Under the pieces are notes generated by a model. That model saw only the letters and a program-made list of their open reading frames with translations. It searched no databases and was not told the DNA's origin. Below are positions 9,281 through 22,630 of a DNA stretch of 64,000 bases, in pieces; position 1 is the first letter of the stretch, and each line of letters starts with the position of its first letter. Position numbers and translations under genes: made by a program. Source of the stretch: Octopus sinensis (Eukaryota); the NCBI RefSeq assembly GCF_006345805.1, contig NC_043022.1, positions 24,366,001 to 24,430,000 on the forward strand, read 5' to 3'.

Positions 9281-12200
9281 TCTATGTTAAAAAAAAGTTA
9301 AGACACAGTAGACAAAAATACACAGAGATGTCACACCTACTAGAAACAGCAACCAAGTCTCTCTTAAACTGTATTCTATGTTAAAAAAAGATGGACAATG
9401 AGCAAAAAATAGATGGAGAGATTATGACTCAGACTGGATAATGTTGTCTAAGATACAAAACATCTGCAAACAAGATGGAATAGTTGTGAGTAGAACAAAG
9501 AAGTTTTATAGTCTGTAGTAAAGACATCTTTTGCCCAATTCCCCAATGTATTACTGCTATTTAAATCAGCTTTTTAAATCAGAGAGCTCGAGAGAATTAG
9601 GAGCAAAGTTGACAATAGACTAATTTGAACTCACAACAGTGAAATACCAAAGTTTGGTGCAAACTCAATCGATAACATAGTGTCATATACACCTGACAGG
9701 TAAGGTGAAGAAGATAAGGTTGATATAAGGTAGGAAGAGGAGGAAAAGCTGATGGGGAGGGGGGGAGTTGATAATATTGAAGAGTGCATGGTGATGGTAG
9801 TGAAAACTAGAAATAATCTTTCTCAATGATGGAAATACAGAAACAGACAGATGAGTAGTTGTGGCAGGCAGCAAGCTGGCTTCTGTGAAGCGGAACTATT
9901 TCCGATAATAGACAACAACAACACATTAACACAGACACAATTAATTAATTAATTAACTTTAAGAGGACCAAACATTTCTTCAGCATAGATGAGTAACTTA
10001 CTAGATATTACTGCAACATTTTATCTGTCTGGGAAAGTGTACAGGCGAAAATAATATACATCATATATACATCCTATACACTTAAACATTTGAGTGTAGA
10101 AACACGAGAAAGAGCACTTGATACATCTAGTAGTGTGTGTGTGTGTTGCAATGGCATGGTTGTGTGGTAAGAAGTTTACTTTCCAACCACCTGGTTCTGG
10201 GTTCAGTCCCACAGTAAGGCACCTTAGGCAAGGGTCTTCTATTATAACCTGGGGCTGACCAAAGCCTTGCGAATAGATTTGGTAGACGGAAACTGAAGGA
10301 AGCCCATCATGTGTGTGTGTGTTTGTGATGTATTTGTCCCCTGATTCTACCAGTTTGCCTGATAATAATAAAAATTTACTTATTTGCCACAAGGACATTA
10401 AAAAGAAGACCATCATTCTTATTTTCATCTACAAAAACCTGAGATGTCTAAATTATTTGCTGAAGATGAATTATCTTAATTCATTAATTAAATCAAAATT
10501 TACTTGCCTTTCACTCTTGGACACACCCAATATCATACCCCCCCATCCACCCCCCAAACACACACAAATACACTACAAAGGCCATTTCATATTTATGCTA
10601 GTAAAAGGCCACAGATGGGTAAGTGGTTCAATTTGTAATTAGCTGCAAGGACACTGAAGGTTGACAAGAGACAAGTCGTTAACATGGAAAAAGTTAAATG
10701 CTATTATTTATATTATTCGAAGCTTTCCCAGTGTTTGCACAGCACAATTATTGCAACAGCACCGTCACTCTGGAATGTATTTGACAAAGCAAGCAGATAT
10801 TACAGCAAAACAAACTAGAAACCAAAGCAAATAATAAAGAATAAATAACTAATTGCTGTTATCAATGTTTGTAATTATGGTTGAATAGCCTCGTCTTACT
10901 TTGACTAATTTTATTAAAATACATAGCTTAGAAAATTACTGGCAATTCAGCCAGGCCTTACTCGAGACCAACCCTTCATCTGACGTGAAAGGAATTCCCA
11001 ATTTCCATGGATGCTAGCATGGATGTGCAGTCTAGAAGTTTGCTTTTACAATCGTGTGGTTATGTGTTCAAGCCCACAGCACAGCAGATTATCTTTTACT
11101 ACGGCCTTGGGTTAAAATCCAAGTTCCATGAGTGAAATTGTGTAGACAGAACCGTGTGAAAGCCTTTGGGGCTGCATCTGTTTTAGAGGCCCTGGAAAAG
11201 GTCAACAAGCACTGGCTTTGTCTCTGACGAAATCATAAAATGAAAACAGGTTAGATCTGGGGCCTAAGCAACAACAACCACTGTCATTGCCACCACTACA
11301 ACAGCAATGACGTCATTACAAGAGAATCTCTACATGGTTGCTTGACCTGCTAGAAATAGCAGTCAAATCTCTATCCATAAATCACACCATACCAACTTCG
11401 GAATAAAACTACATCAATATAAACTAAACTACATGGAGATATAAGTTGGTATGAGATGTATGACACCCGAGAATAAAAAGAAAGAAAAAGAAGAAACGTA
11501 AAACAAAAGAGACAACAACGGCAACAACAAATCAGAGAGACATAAGCATTTCTTATGAAAGCTTCTTACAATAGTGCATAAAACAATGGGAGACATTAGA
11601 GCGGGGTGGCAGTGGTGGCGGTGGTAGAATGTGAAATATGTTTGTATGTCATCTGAAAACAAAAGTAATTAGTTGCTATAGAATGTTGGAGGAGGTGGTG
11701 GGAAGGGCAAGGGGGGAAAGCTTCTCACAGATAGAAAAAGATAAAGTAACAAAGGAACACACACACACACACGCATACACACAGACAGACACATGCGCAT
11801 ACATTTCACAAGCAGCGAAATAAAAATAATTAAAACAACATTAAGTAGTTAACGAGTAAAACATTCTCTAAAACATTCCTGGCCTTGTTCTTGTTTTTAT
11901 GATCAACACACAAAGTGTATATATACGTGTGTGTGTGTGTGTGAGTAAATATATAGACATACACATAAGCATACAATTACATATATCTTTGTGCATGTGT
12001 GTGCATCTGTGTGCATATATGTATCTGTGATGTGATTTTAATTTGTATGTGTGTATGCTTATGAGCCATGTTGTGTGTGTGTCTGTGTTTGCATATGTGA
12101 ATGTATCAGTGTATGCACACATTTCTTACTGAGCACACACATACATACACACACATATATATTTGCATGTATTTGTGGTCGTGTATGTTTTTATATGCAA

Positions 12201-12402
12201 ATTAGTATGGTTGGGTGTGTGCATGTATGACGTGGAGGAGATTGTATGCATTGTATGACTATGATGAGAGAGAGAGAGAGTGTGTGTGTGTGTGTGTGCG
12301 TGTGTGTGTTTGTGTGTGTGTGTTTGTATGTGTGTGTGTGTTTGTATGTGTGTGTGTGTGTGTATTGTGTTATAGCAATAGAATTGTAAGACATATCAGT
12401 GG

Positions 12403-12770
12403 TGTGCCTAATACCAATACCAATGCTAGAAATAGCAGCTAATCTCCATCAGATTCATAACTTCATGGAAACGAGCTGCTACTTCTAGCAGACTAGTAGA
12501 CCCATCTTTAAAAAAGCAAAGAGCACATTGGATGACAAAGTCTAAGAAATAAATGATGAGATGGTCATGGGTTGGAGTGCCTTTGATCATAGGTTTGCTC
12601 ATGCAGGGCTGACCTGGGACTAAAACAGAGTAACAGTACCAGCATGGAACAAGATGGGAGTCACTATCTACATGATTAACTTGTCTTGAACAGCAGCCAT
12701 CTCCCTCAAATCACACTGTTACTGTCTTTAAAAGTAGGGATAGTCATGATGGGAGTGCCTTCAATCATAG
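12403..12770 (+). repeat. Old interspersed repeat family H (GCTAGAAATAGCAG...CAAATCTCCCTCAAATCAC); related pieces at ~9330-9500, 13262-13415, 14985-15320, 26465-26612, 53440-53790
   Basis: Recurrent degenerate motifs across the window. Confidence 0.6.
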
Positions 12771-12774
12771 GTCT

Positions 12775-12901
12775 ACTTATTCTTTGTAAGCCTAGTACTT
12801 ATTCTATCGGTGTCTCTTGCCGAACCGCTAAGTGACAGGGATGTAAACACACCAGCATCGGTTGTCAAGCGATGTTGGGGGGGACAAACACAGAAACACA
12901 A

Positions 12902-12994
<93 letters not shown>

Positions 12995-13165
12995 TATATA
13001 TATGATGGGCTTCTTTCATTTTCCGTCTACCAAATCCACTCACAAGGCTTTGGTCAGCCCGAAGCTATAGTAGACGACACTTGCCCAAGGTGCCACAGAG
13101 TGGGACTGAACCCGGAACCATGTGGTTGGTAAGCAAGCTACTTACCACACAGCCACTCCTACACC
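12775..13165 (-). mobile_element. SINE family B with long internal (CA)n
   Basis: Reverse complement of family B. Confidence 0.9.
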
Positions 13166-13667
13166 TACTCAGTTTATTTAAGATACATATACAGTCCAAC
13201 CCATGCTAGCATGGAAAACGGATGTTAAACAATGATGATGATGATGATGATGATGATGTTGTTATTTAGCCTCAGGTCAGCTCCTATCCAGTGTATGATC
13301 TATCATCAAATGCATTCCAGTGTGACTATATCATCTTCTGTTCAGTGACTTAAGTGTATCTAGGACTACATTATCCTAATGTGCTCCTCCACTTTTTAAG
13401 AGGCAGAAGGATAGGATTTAGCTATTGAACTTACTCATGGTTGTTAGTTGAATGGACACTTTTGTGGCTGAGTTATAGCCCTGCAGATCGGGAATTGCTA
13501 CAGTACATCTTCCCCCCCCCACACACACACACACAGACACACACACGCACATACAAGCACACATGAGTCTCCGTGTGTGGTAGCACGAACAGAAATAATA
13601 GAACTCAATAAATAAAGTAGAACATAGATATTTATTAGCTGTAAAGCTATGTAAGTGACTTGACACT

Positions 13668-13812
13668 TTAGCATTCGGATTAATGTCAAAAGTAATACCT
13701 ATCTATTCACATTAGTTTGAATTAATCACATATTAACTTGTAGCTTAAAGATTTCAGTGATATGATTGCTTATTTTTAGAATGACATTGTAGGGTAGGTG
13801 TGAGAGGGCTTG
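13668..13812. mobile_element. piggyBac-like MITE fragment (TTAACCCTTTAGCATT family)
   Basis: Shares TTTTTAGAATGACATTGTAGGGTAGGTGTGAGAG with 52801-52919 and is the reverse complement of 35014-35195. Confidence 0.6.
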
Positions 13813-14045
13813 TTCCTGTTTACTAAATCCATTCACCAGGCTTTGGTCGGCCTGAGGCTATAGTAGAAGACACTTGCCCAAGGTGGTACACAGTGGGACT
13901 GAACCTGGAACTATGTGGTTGTGGAGCAAGATTCTTACCGCACATTATTTATAAAAACAATATCGAACACAAATGTGTATGTGTGTTTGATTGATATTGT
14001 TTGTATCTCTTGAGCTGTTTCTCATTCATATTTGAATATAAATAT

Positions 14046-14083
<38 letters not shown>

Positions 14084-14123
14084 TATATATATATAATATA
14101 TATCTATATAATATATATATATA

Positions 14124-14533
14124 TAGGTGCAGGAGTGGCTGTGTGGTAAGTAGCTTGCTAACCAACCACATGGTTCCGGGTTCAGTCCCACTGCGTGGCA
14201 CCTGGGCAAGTGTCTTCTGCTATAGCCCCGGGTCGACTAATGCCTTGTGAGTGGATTTGGTAGGCAGAAACTGAAAGAAGCCTGTCGTATATAAGTATAT
14301 ATATATATATGTGTATGTGTGTATTTGTGTGTCTGTGTTTGTCCCCCTAGCATTGCTTGACAACCAATGCTGGTGTGTTTACGTCCCTGTCACTTAGCGG
14401 TTCGGCAAAAAGAGACCGATAGTATAAGTACTGGGCTTACAAAGAATAAGTCCCGGGGTCGATTTGCTCGACTAAAGGTGGTGCTCCAGCATGGCCGTAG
14501 TCAAATGACTGAAACAAGTAAAAGATAAAAGAT
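14124..14533 (+). mobile_element. SINE family B, full length
   Basis: Head, internal microsatellite and AAAAGAT tail all present. Confidence 0.92.
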
Positions 14534-15832
14534 ATATTCATATGTATATATATATATATCTTTTCTACTACCTTTAACTTGTTTCACTCATTAGACCTGT
14601 GCCCATGCTGGGGCACCACTTTGAAAAGTTTTTAGTCAAATGAATAGACCCCAGTATATTTTTTTAAGGCTGGTACTTTTTCTATCAGTAAACTTCACCA
14701 AACTAAGTTACAAGGATGCAGACACACACGTGTGTGTGTGTGTATATGGGCTCAGACCCACAGTACGGCCCCTTGGGCAAGTGTCTTCTGCTATAGCCTC
14801 AGGCAGACCAAGCCCTCCCATTCATGTTAACATGGAAGGTTAAACGATGATGATGAGTTGCAATTTTACACAGGGGCACATATTTTCAAGAGCTTATTTA
14901 TATAGAGTATGGCAAAAATTTCTTATACTTCTAAAACAAGAAATAACTTAGATGTAATATGTCAGCGTGAATTGACAGTTGTGGACCTAAACCAGAGTAA
15001 CAGTACCAGCATGGGACAAGATGGGAGTCACTATCGACTTGATTAACTTGTCCTGAACAGCAGCCATTCTCCCTCAAATCACACTGTTACTGTCTTAGAC
15101 CTGCATGAGCAGACCTATGATCAAATTTTAAGACATTTCAGTGTGTGTCTAATACCAATACTTGATGTGCTAGAAATAGCAGTTAATCTCCATCAAATTC
15201 ATGACTTCATGGAAACAAGCTGCTACTTCTAGCAGACTAGCAGATCCATCTTTAAAAAAGCAAAGAACACACTGGATGACAAAGTCTAAGAAATAAAAGA
15301 CGAGATGATCATGTGGTGAATTCATGTAGGGCCAGGGCCCACAACAGATGCTTGTGTGTGTGTGTGTGTCTGCGTGCGTGCACACATATGTGCTTGTGTT
15401 CATTCATTTTATGTGCATTTTATACGAGAGAGAAGAGAGAAATTTATTGAAGCAGAAAATGTTCAGGATTACAAATTACTCCAGTGTCATCATCTCTGAA
15501 ATCCCGTGAATGTAATGGGGAAACTACTGACAAAAAGGACTGCATATGTATTGTTAGTTAGGGGTTAGGAATAGAGTGGGAGATAAAGGTACAGTGGGAA
15601 AGACGGAGAGAAGCAAAAGGGCAGGAAAGAGAAGAGGAGGAGTGAGGAAATGAGGGGCATGTTTCAACAGTGAATCAGACAGATCAATTGAAATGGGCAC
15701 AAAACTATGTTGAAAGAAAAAATGTTGGTTAGGAGTATAATATTTGTATGATGATGAAAGACTGTTTGAAAAGTAGGAACCATTCTCTTTGATTTATCTT
15801 CAACTGTTTGTTCTAATAACCCATTAATATAC

Positions 15833-16251
15833 TTACTCTTTTACTCTCTTTTACTTGTTTCAGTCATATGACTGCAGCCATGCTGGAGCACCGCCTTTAA
15901 TTGAGTAACTCAACCCCGGGACTTATTCTTTTGTAAGCCCAGTACTTATTCTATCGGTCTCTTTTGCCGAACCGCTAAGTAACGGGGACATAAACACACC
16001 AGCATCGGTTGTCAAGCAATGCTAGGGGGACAAACACAGACACACAAACACACACACGCATACATATATATATATATATACATATATACGACAGGCTTCT
16101 TTCAGTTTCCGTCTACCAAATCCACTCACAAGGCTTTGGTCGGCCCGGGGCTATAGCAGAAGACACTTGCCCAAGGTGCCACGCAGTGGGACTGAACCCG
16201 GAACCATGTGGTTGGTTAGCAAGCTACTTACCACACAGCCACTCCTTGCGC
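15833..16251 (-). mobile_element. SINE family B, full length
   Basis: Reverse complement of family B. Confidence 0.92.
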
Positions 16252-16380
16252 ATTTTAAATTTTAAACAGGACACCAACTCTGAATGGTGGTTAAGAAGAG
16301 AAAGATTGGAGAATAAATATTTTGTAATCTTCTGAAATTCAAAGCCTGAACCATTCATTAGATTGGTGTTTATCCTCAAT

Positions 16381-16686
16381 TTTGTTTGTTCCTTCTCGAG
16401 CCATGCCTGGCTCATAAGGGCCGGTTTCCCGGTTTCTTGGCGTATAGGTTCCCCACCTGGACGGGACGCTGGTCCATCGCAGGTGAGCTCCAAGATGCAG
16501 GAGGAAAGAGTGAGAGAAAGTTGTGGCGAAAGAGTCAGCAGAAGTTTCACCATTACCTTCTGCCGGAGCCGCGTGGGGCTTAGGTGTTTTCGCTCATAAA
16601 CACACACATCGCCCGGTTTGAGATTCGAACCCACGATCCCTCGACTGCGAGTCTGCTGCTCTAACCACTAGGCCATGTGCCTCCAC
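16381..16686 (-). mobile_element. tRNA(Arg)-like SINE family D with TSD
   Basis: Head GTGGAGGCACATGGCCTAGTGGTTAGAGC...GGTTCGAATCT on the minus strand; (AACA)n tail; TTATCCTCAA duplicated on both flanks. Confidence 0.88.
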
Positions 16687-17476
16687 TGGTTATCCTCAAC
16701 CTACAACCAGGATGTTATCACTCCTGAAAGGGGAATCTCTACATGGACTCTTTCCACCACTGTCCATTTCTGGCCAGTTGTGGTCATGTAGGACCCAGGG
16801 AGTGGGTGAGGTCATCTTGCCATCTTGTCTTGCTGGTTATCAGATCTGACAAAACACATCATTCTGTATTTGATGTGATGGTCTGAATTATCAGATTTAA
16901 CATTCCACATTGACTGTAAATGCAGGTGTGGCCATGTGGTAAGAAGTCTGCTTCCCAACCACATGGTTCTGACTACAGCTCCACTGCATGGCACCTCAGG
17001 CAAATGTCTTCTATCATAGTCTGAGGTCAAACAAAGCCTTGTGAGTAGATTTAATAAATGGAAACTGAAAGAAGCCCACCATGTGTGTGTGTGTGTGTTT
17101 GTATTTCTCTTCCAATGCCACTTGACAACCAGTGTTGGTTTTTATGTCTCTATAACTTAGTGTTTTTGGCAGAAGAGGCCAAACGAATAAGTAGCAGGCT
17201 TAAAAAATAAGTACTGGAGTTGATTCATTCAATTTCAAAGCTTTCAAGGCAGTGCCCCAGCTTGGCCACAGTCCAATGATTGAAACAAGTAAAACATATA
17301 GAGAAAAAAAAGGAAAAGAAAAGGGAAAAAAAAACAAACAAAAAAATGATAAACTCATGTCTGTGCTTCGTGTCTGGAGGTGAAAAAGTCTGAAGACATT
17401 GATTGTAAATGTATTTTGAATCTATTCCAAATCAAACCAATAGATGTGTTAGGCCTCATGTTCATTTTTACCATAG

Positions 17477-18146
17477 TACTTGAGTACATTAACGGTCAAG
17501 AGGAGGTTCATTCAAGCGGATGCAAATGCACTACAAGTCTGTAAAAGTCAGGCTGAGGAAGAAGTGCTAAGTTCGAAGCAGTTGTTAAAAATTCTGCAGC
17601 TTCTGTATGAAGAGGGATGGGGGTTGTTTTTGTAAAGGGTTTGATAACAAATGTAGAATTGAATTAGCTTCCTTTTATTATTTTTATTTTTTATTATTAT
17701 TATTTATGTTGGGGGTCACAAGATGTTAGCTTTATACCATTGTATCTTTTCAGAGAACTGACTTTGTACTAACCCATCATTCAAGTACTTTGAAGTGTCT
17801 ATGAATGCAGATTTATAGGAGGAAAGACTGAAAAAGTATGTACAAGTTTGTATTTTTTAAAATTTTTATACAAGTTTTTTTTTTAAAGGCATTGTTAATG
17901 TTTAAAAAGTCTATGTATGCAGTAGAGTGATTCACAGAACTTTCAGTAAAGGGAGAACTAAGAGTTGTTGAGGTTAACAGTGATGCCAAGGAAGCTTATA
18001 ATCTTAAAAGGTTAGACCTCACCATAATAGTTAAACTTTGTTATTTAAAGAAATTGTGAAGTTCTTTCCTAAATCTGTTTGTTTGATGGTTGATGTTATG
18101 GAAGATCAGCAGACCATCATCACTATAAAGTCCTCCAAGAATATAG
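17477..18146 (+). pseudogene. Candidate decayed multi-exon gene fragment (blocks 17477-17604, 17754-17835, 17889-18010, 18051-18146)
   Basis: Four GT-AG-bounded, phase-compatible blocks separated by short T-rich spacers; 5 in-frame stops in ~140 codons. Family not recognised. Confidence 0.42.
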
Positions 18147-18566
18147 GTAAATGTTGAATGTGAACACATTAGGATGTATAATCCAAAGTTCAGTGGAATC
18201 TTTTGATCCCAAACTCACATCAAATGAGTATTTGAAAGTATTTTTATCGATAGGCCGTTTTATCATATATTTTACTCATACACTGTTATTATAAAATGGA
18301 TTTCCTTGTATGTAGAATCAAAGTAATTACAGACAAATTGGTAGGGTCAATAGACAGAATGTGTTGATGTGTTTGTTCCACCTCTCTGTACTCTGAGTTC
18401 AAATCTCTCAAAGTTATCGATAGGCCGTTTTATCATATATTTTACTCATACACTGTTATTATAAAAAGGATTTCCTTATATGTGGTATCTAGTCTGCAGC
18501 AACACTGGTACTAAGCTGTATCAGTTCTAAGGTAATGATCTTTCCTTTAGATAACATCAGAAGCAT

Positions 18567-18994
18567 ACTCTTACTCTTTACTCTTTTATTTGTTTCAGTC
18601 ATTTGACTGTGGCCATGCTGGAGCACCGCCTTTAATCGAGCAAATCGACCCCGGGACTTATTCTTTGTAAGCCCAGTACTTATTCTATCGGTCTCTTTTT
18701 GCCGAACCGCTAAGTGACGGGGACATAAACACACCAGCATCGGTTGTCAAGCGATGCTGGATGGGGCAAACACAGACACACAAACACATATACACACACA
18801 CACACATATATATATATATATGCATATATACAACAGGCTTCTTTCAGTTTCCGTCTACCAAATCCACTCACAAGGCTTTGGTCAACCTGAAGCTATAGTA
18901 GAATACACTTGCCCAAGGTGCCACGCAGTAGGACTGAACCCGGAACCATGTGGTTGGTAAACAAGCTACTTACCACACAGCCACTCCTACGCCT
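18567..18994 (-). mobile_element. SINE family B, full length
   Basis: Reverse complement of family B. Confidence 0.92.
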
Positions 18995-19437
18995 AGAGAG
19001 AAAAAAACTTGCATGCTTGGGCATTTGTTAGTCTTTCATGAAAAGTTTTTGCCCAGAGGTGTATGCAAACAAATGTGAAAATATGGTTGACACTTCACTG
19101 GCAGGGAAGGGCTTTGGAATAACAATCACACTACAAATCACGAGGAGAATTCATATTAACAAAGATGAATATGTGTTAGGTGTAGGCATAGTCAGTTTCA
19201 GTCCCACTGTGTAGCACCCGAGGCAAGAGTCCTTCTACTATAGCCTTGGGCTGACCAAAGCCTTGTGAGTGGATTTCGTTGGTGGAAACTGAAAGAAGCC
19301 TGTTGCATGTGTATGTTTTCCCCCACCCCCACCACTTGACAACCAGTGTTAGTGTGTTTACATCCCTGTAACTTAGTGGTTCAGCAAAGGAGAGAGAGAG
19401 AGAGGGAGAGAGAGAGAGGGAGAGAGAGAGAGAGGGA

Positions 19438-19472
<35 letters not shown>

Positions 19473-20202
19473 AAGTACCAGACTTAAAAAAACAATTTTA
19501 AGTACTGGGGTAGGGTCATTTAACTAAAGATTCTTCAATGTGGTGCCCCAGCTTGGCCACAGTCTAATGATTGAAATAAGTAAAATTCTAAAAGATAGAC
19601 ATCCATCAGGAAGGATTCAGAATGGGAGACAATACTAATGCAATGCGTTGAATTCACAGTCTTTCTTTGCTGGCAAGGAAGAAAACCAAATAATCACACA
19701 ACAAACAGGAAGTGTGTCTAGTTAGCCAAGCGACGGTACATTGGTCAATGTTTGAAAGAATGCTAGATTGAAACGTGATAAATGCAGGTCGCTCTATCAA
19801 TCAATGGATCGGTGTTATGTACAACTTGACAAGGGTAACAGGGTACCCCAGTTAAGAACTGTGATGCCAATTAAAAAAAAAATGTCTAACCCTGAGGGAA
19901 ATAACAGAATGGCCCCTAAAGTACATGTGATCTTTTAAGTGATATGTCAGTAGAAGTTAGTATTAATAGAGCAGCTAGACAAGTGAAGGAGTTGTTCACT
20001 TTGCTCTCTATCAAACTGTCACAGCACAATTTAGACAAGTACAATGTAAACAAATCAAATACAAAGTCTTAAATATGTGTGTATGTACATGTGTTAAATA
20101 TGTGTGAGACAGGCATATGTGTGTGTGTGTGTGTAATATATATGTATATATATATTTAAAGACACCTGCCTTCACTCACATAAATCATCCATCACTACCA
20201 TA

Positions 20203-20235
<33 letters not shown>

Positions 20236-20564
20236 TATTCACACACACACACACACACACACAGATATTTATAAACATATTTCGCGTGTATGATTGCGTA
20301 TGACAGCTTATTTATCCTGGTGAGTATGTGCGATAAAAGTTAAGAGTGAGAGAGAAAGAGAAACACAGTGTGTGTGTGTGTGTGTGGTATGTATACAAAT
20401 AATGAATCATGGTTACATTGTTAGCAACAAGAACAGTAGTAGAGTGCGAGTAGCTACACACACACACACACACATATATACACACATATACAGACTTGTG
20501 AGACGAAGAGGGAAGAGAACAGGAATGAAGAGTACTGGCAAAAGTACATGTGTAAGAATGTATG

Positions 20565-20599
<35 letters not shown>

Positions 20600-21074
20600 T
20601 TATTCAGTTTATTTCAAGATTTCTTGCCAATAGAGAAAGAACCGGTTTCTAACCTAGATCCAAGGCTCCTTCATTGGAATTTCAACATAAACAACAGGGT
20701 ATTCTCATTTGTTTGTATGTGTGTGTGTGTATGTGCAGATTTGTATGTTCTATGTATGTATTCTCATGCATATAGTTGCATATCTAGACATGCTCATATA
20801 TATTTAAGTGATAAACTTCTGGAAAGTTTTACAAATTTTTATAGTTCCAGTGATGGATTGGATCTGTAGTCTTCGAATTAGCTTTCTCCTTTCTGGTTTT
20901 CAGAAGCCTAATTTCTCAAAATTGGTATTTAGGCAATGTGTTACATATCCCAGGGACCCCAATAATTACAGGTATAAACCTGTGTATATATGTATGGTAA
21001 CCACTGTATGTGGTGTCAGTGGTTGTGTTATATATATATATATATTATATATATATATATATCACAAAACACTG

Positions 21075-21110
<36 letters not shown>

Positions 21111-21140
21111 TATAATATATATATATATATATATATGTAT

Positions 21141-21438
21141 GTGGAGGCGCATGGCCTAGTGGTTAGGGCAGCGAACTCGTGGTCGTAGGATCACGGTTCG
21201 ATTCCCAGACCAGGCATTGTGTGTGTTTATTGAGCGAAAACACCTTAAAGCTCCACGAGGCTCCGGCACGGGGTGGTGATCCCTGCTGTACTCTTTCACC
21301 ACTCTTTTCTCCACTCTTTCTCTGTTGGCCTGCTCGCTTAGCCAGCGGGGGTGGCGTCATTCGAAGGAAAACAATGCGAACGCATTGTGACCAGCGATGT
21401 GTAGCAACATCTGATGGTCTGGTCGGTCATGTGATCAT

Positions 21439-21443
<5 letters not shown>
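21141..21443 (+). mobile_element. tRNA-derived SINE, family D head with a different 3' part, inserted in (TA)n
   Basis: GTGGAGGCGCATGGCCTAGTGGTTAGGGC...GGTTCGATTCCC; TTGAGCGAAAACACCTTAAAGCTCCACG shared with family D; tail CATGTGATCATGTGA. Confidence 0.85.
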
Positions 21444-21481
<38 letters not shown>

Positions 21482-22248
21482 TTGTGCGTGTGGTGTGTGT
21501 GTAGCAGGCACCCTACTGGCCCTGTGCTGTGCCAAAAACTGGCTTCAATAAACCAAGTCAGCCTTGTTAACTCACTCACAACTAATTAAGACATGATGTT
21601 CACCTTGTTTTCAAGAGAGTTTATTTAAAACTGGACAGAAAGTCATTAGACAAAAAAAATCATCGGACAAAATACGTTGGACCAAAAGACGTAGATGAAA
21701 TAACGTTGGACAAAGTGACATCAGACAAAAAAAATCAGATCACGGTTAAAAATGAGATGTCTAAATTACACAGAAATGAAAATAACACCGCACCCTATAT
21801 GTCTGCAGGTGGATCACATACATCTCTGCTTTCTGTCATTCTTACTACTCTGATGGATAGATGAAAGTACACGTGAGCACAGACACACTATTACATGGAC
21901 ACTCTCTCACATGTACACACGCACACACCCACACACTAGTACATGGACACTCTCACACGCTATTACATGATCAGTACTAATACTAGTATATTCACATACC
22001 TTTCTAAAGATGAAATAATTTGATGTGAATGCAATATAGAATTGAGCCAGAGGAGGAACTTCTGTGCCATTCCTCGACTTGTTTGAAACTGCAGCCAAAT
22101 CTCCCTCAAATAGCAAACTACTGTTTTACAGAAAGACATACTGTACAAAGTTGCAACCTCACATACAAAAATAAAAAATAATAATAATCTGGAAGGCTAT
22201 AGCTGGAATGGCTTAATAACACAAGCACCTTCTGCTATTTTGGACCAC

Positions 22249-22351
22249 CATGGCACCTTGGGCAAGTGTCTTCTACTATGGCCTCGGGCCAACTAAAGCC
22301 TTGTGAGTGGATTTGGTAGACAGAAACTGAAAGAAGCCTGTTGTATATATG

Positions 22352-22392
<41 letters not shown>

Positions 22393-22630
22393 TAATATAT
22401 ATATATATGTATGTGTGTATGTATACGTTTGTGTGTCTGTGTTTGTCCCCCAAACATCGCTTGACAACCGATGCTGGTGTCTTTATGTCCCCGTAACTTA
22501 GCAGTTAGGCAAAAGAGACTGATAGAATAAGTACTAGGCTTACAAAGAATAAGTCCTTGGGTCGATTTGCTTGACTAAAGGCGGTGCTCCAGCATAGCCA
22601 CAGTCAAATGACTGAAACGAGTAAAAGAGT
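22249..22630 (+). mobile_element. SINE family B, 5'-truncated
   Basis: Family B body and tail. Confidence 0.9.
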
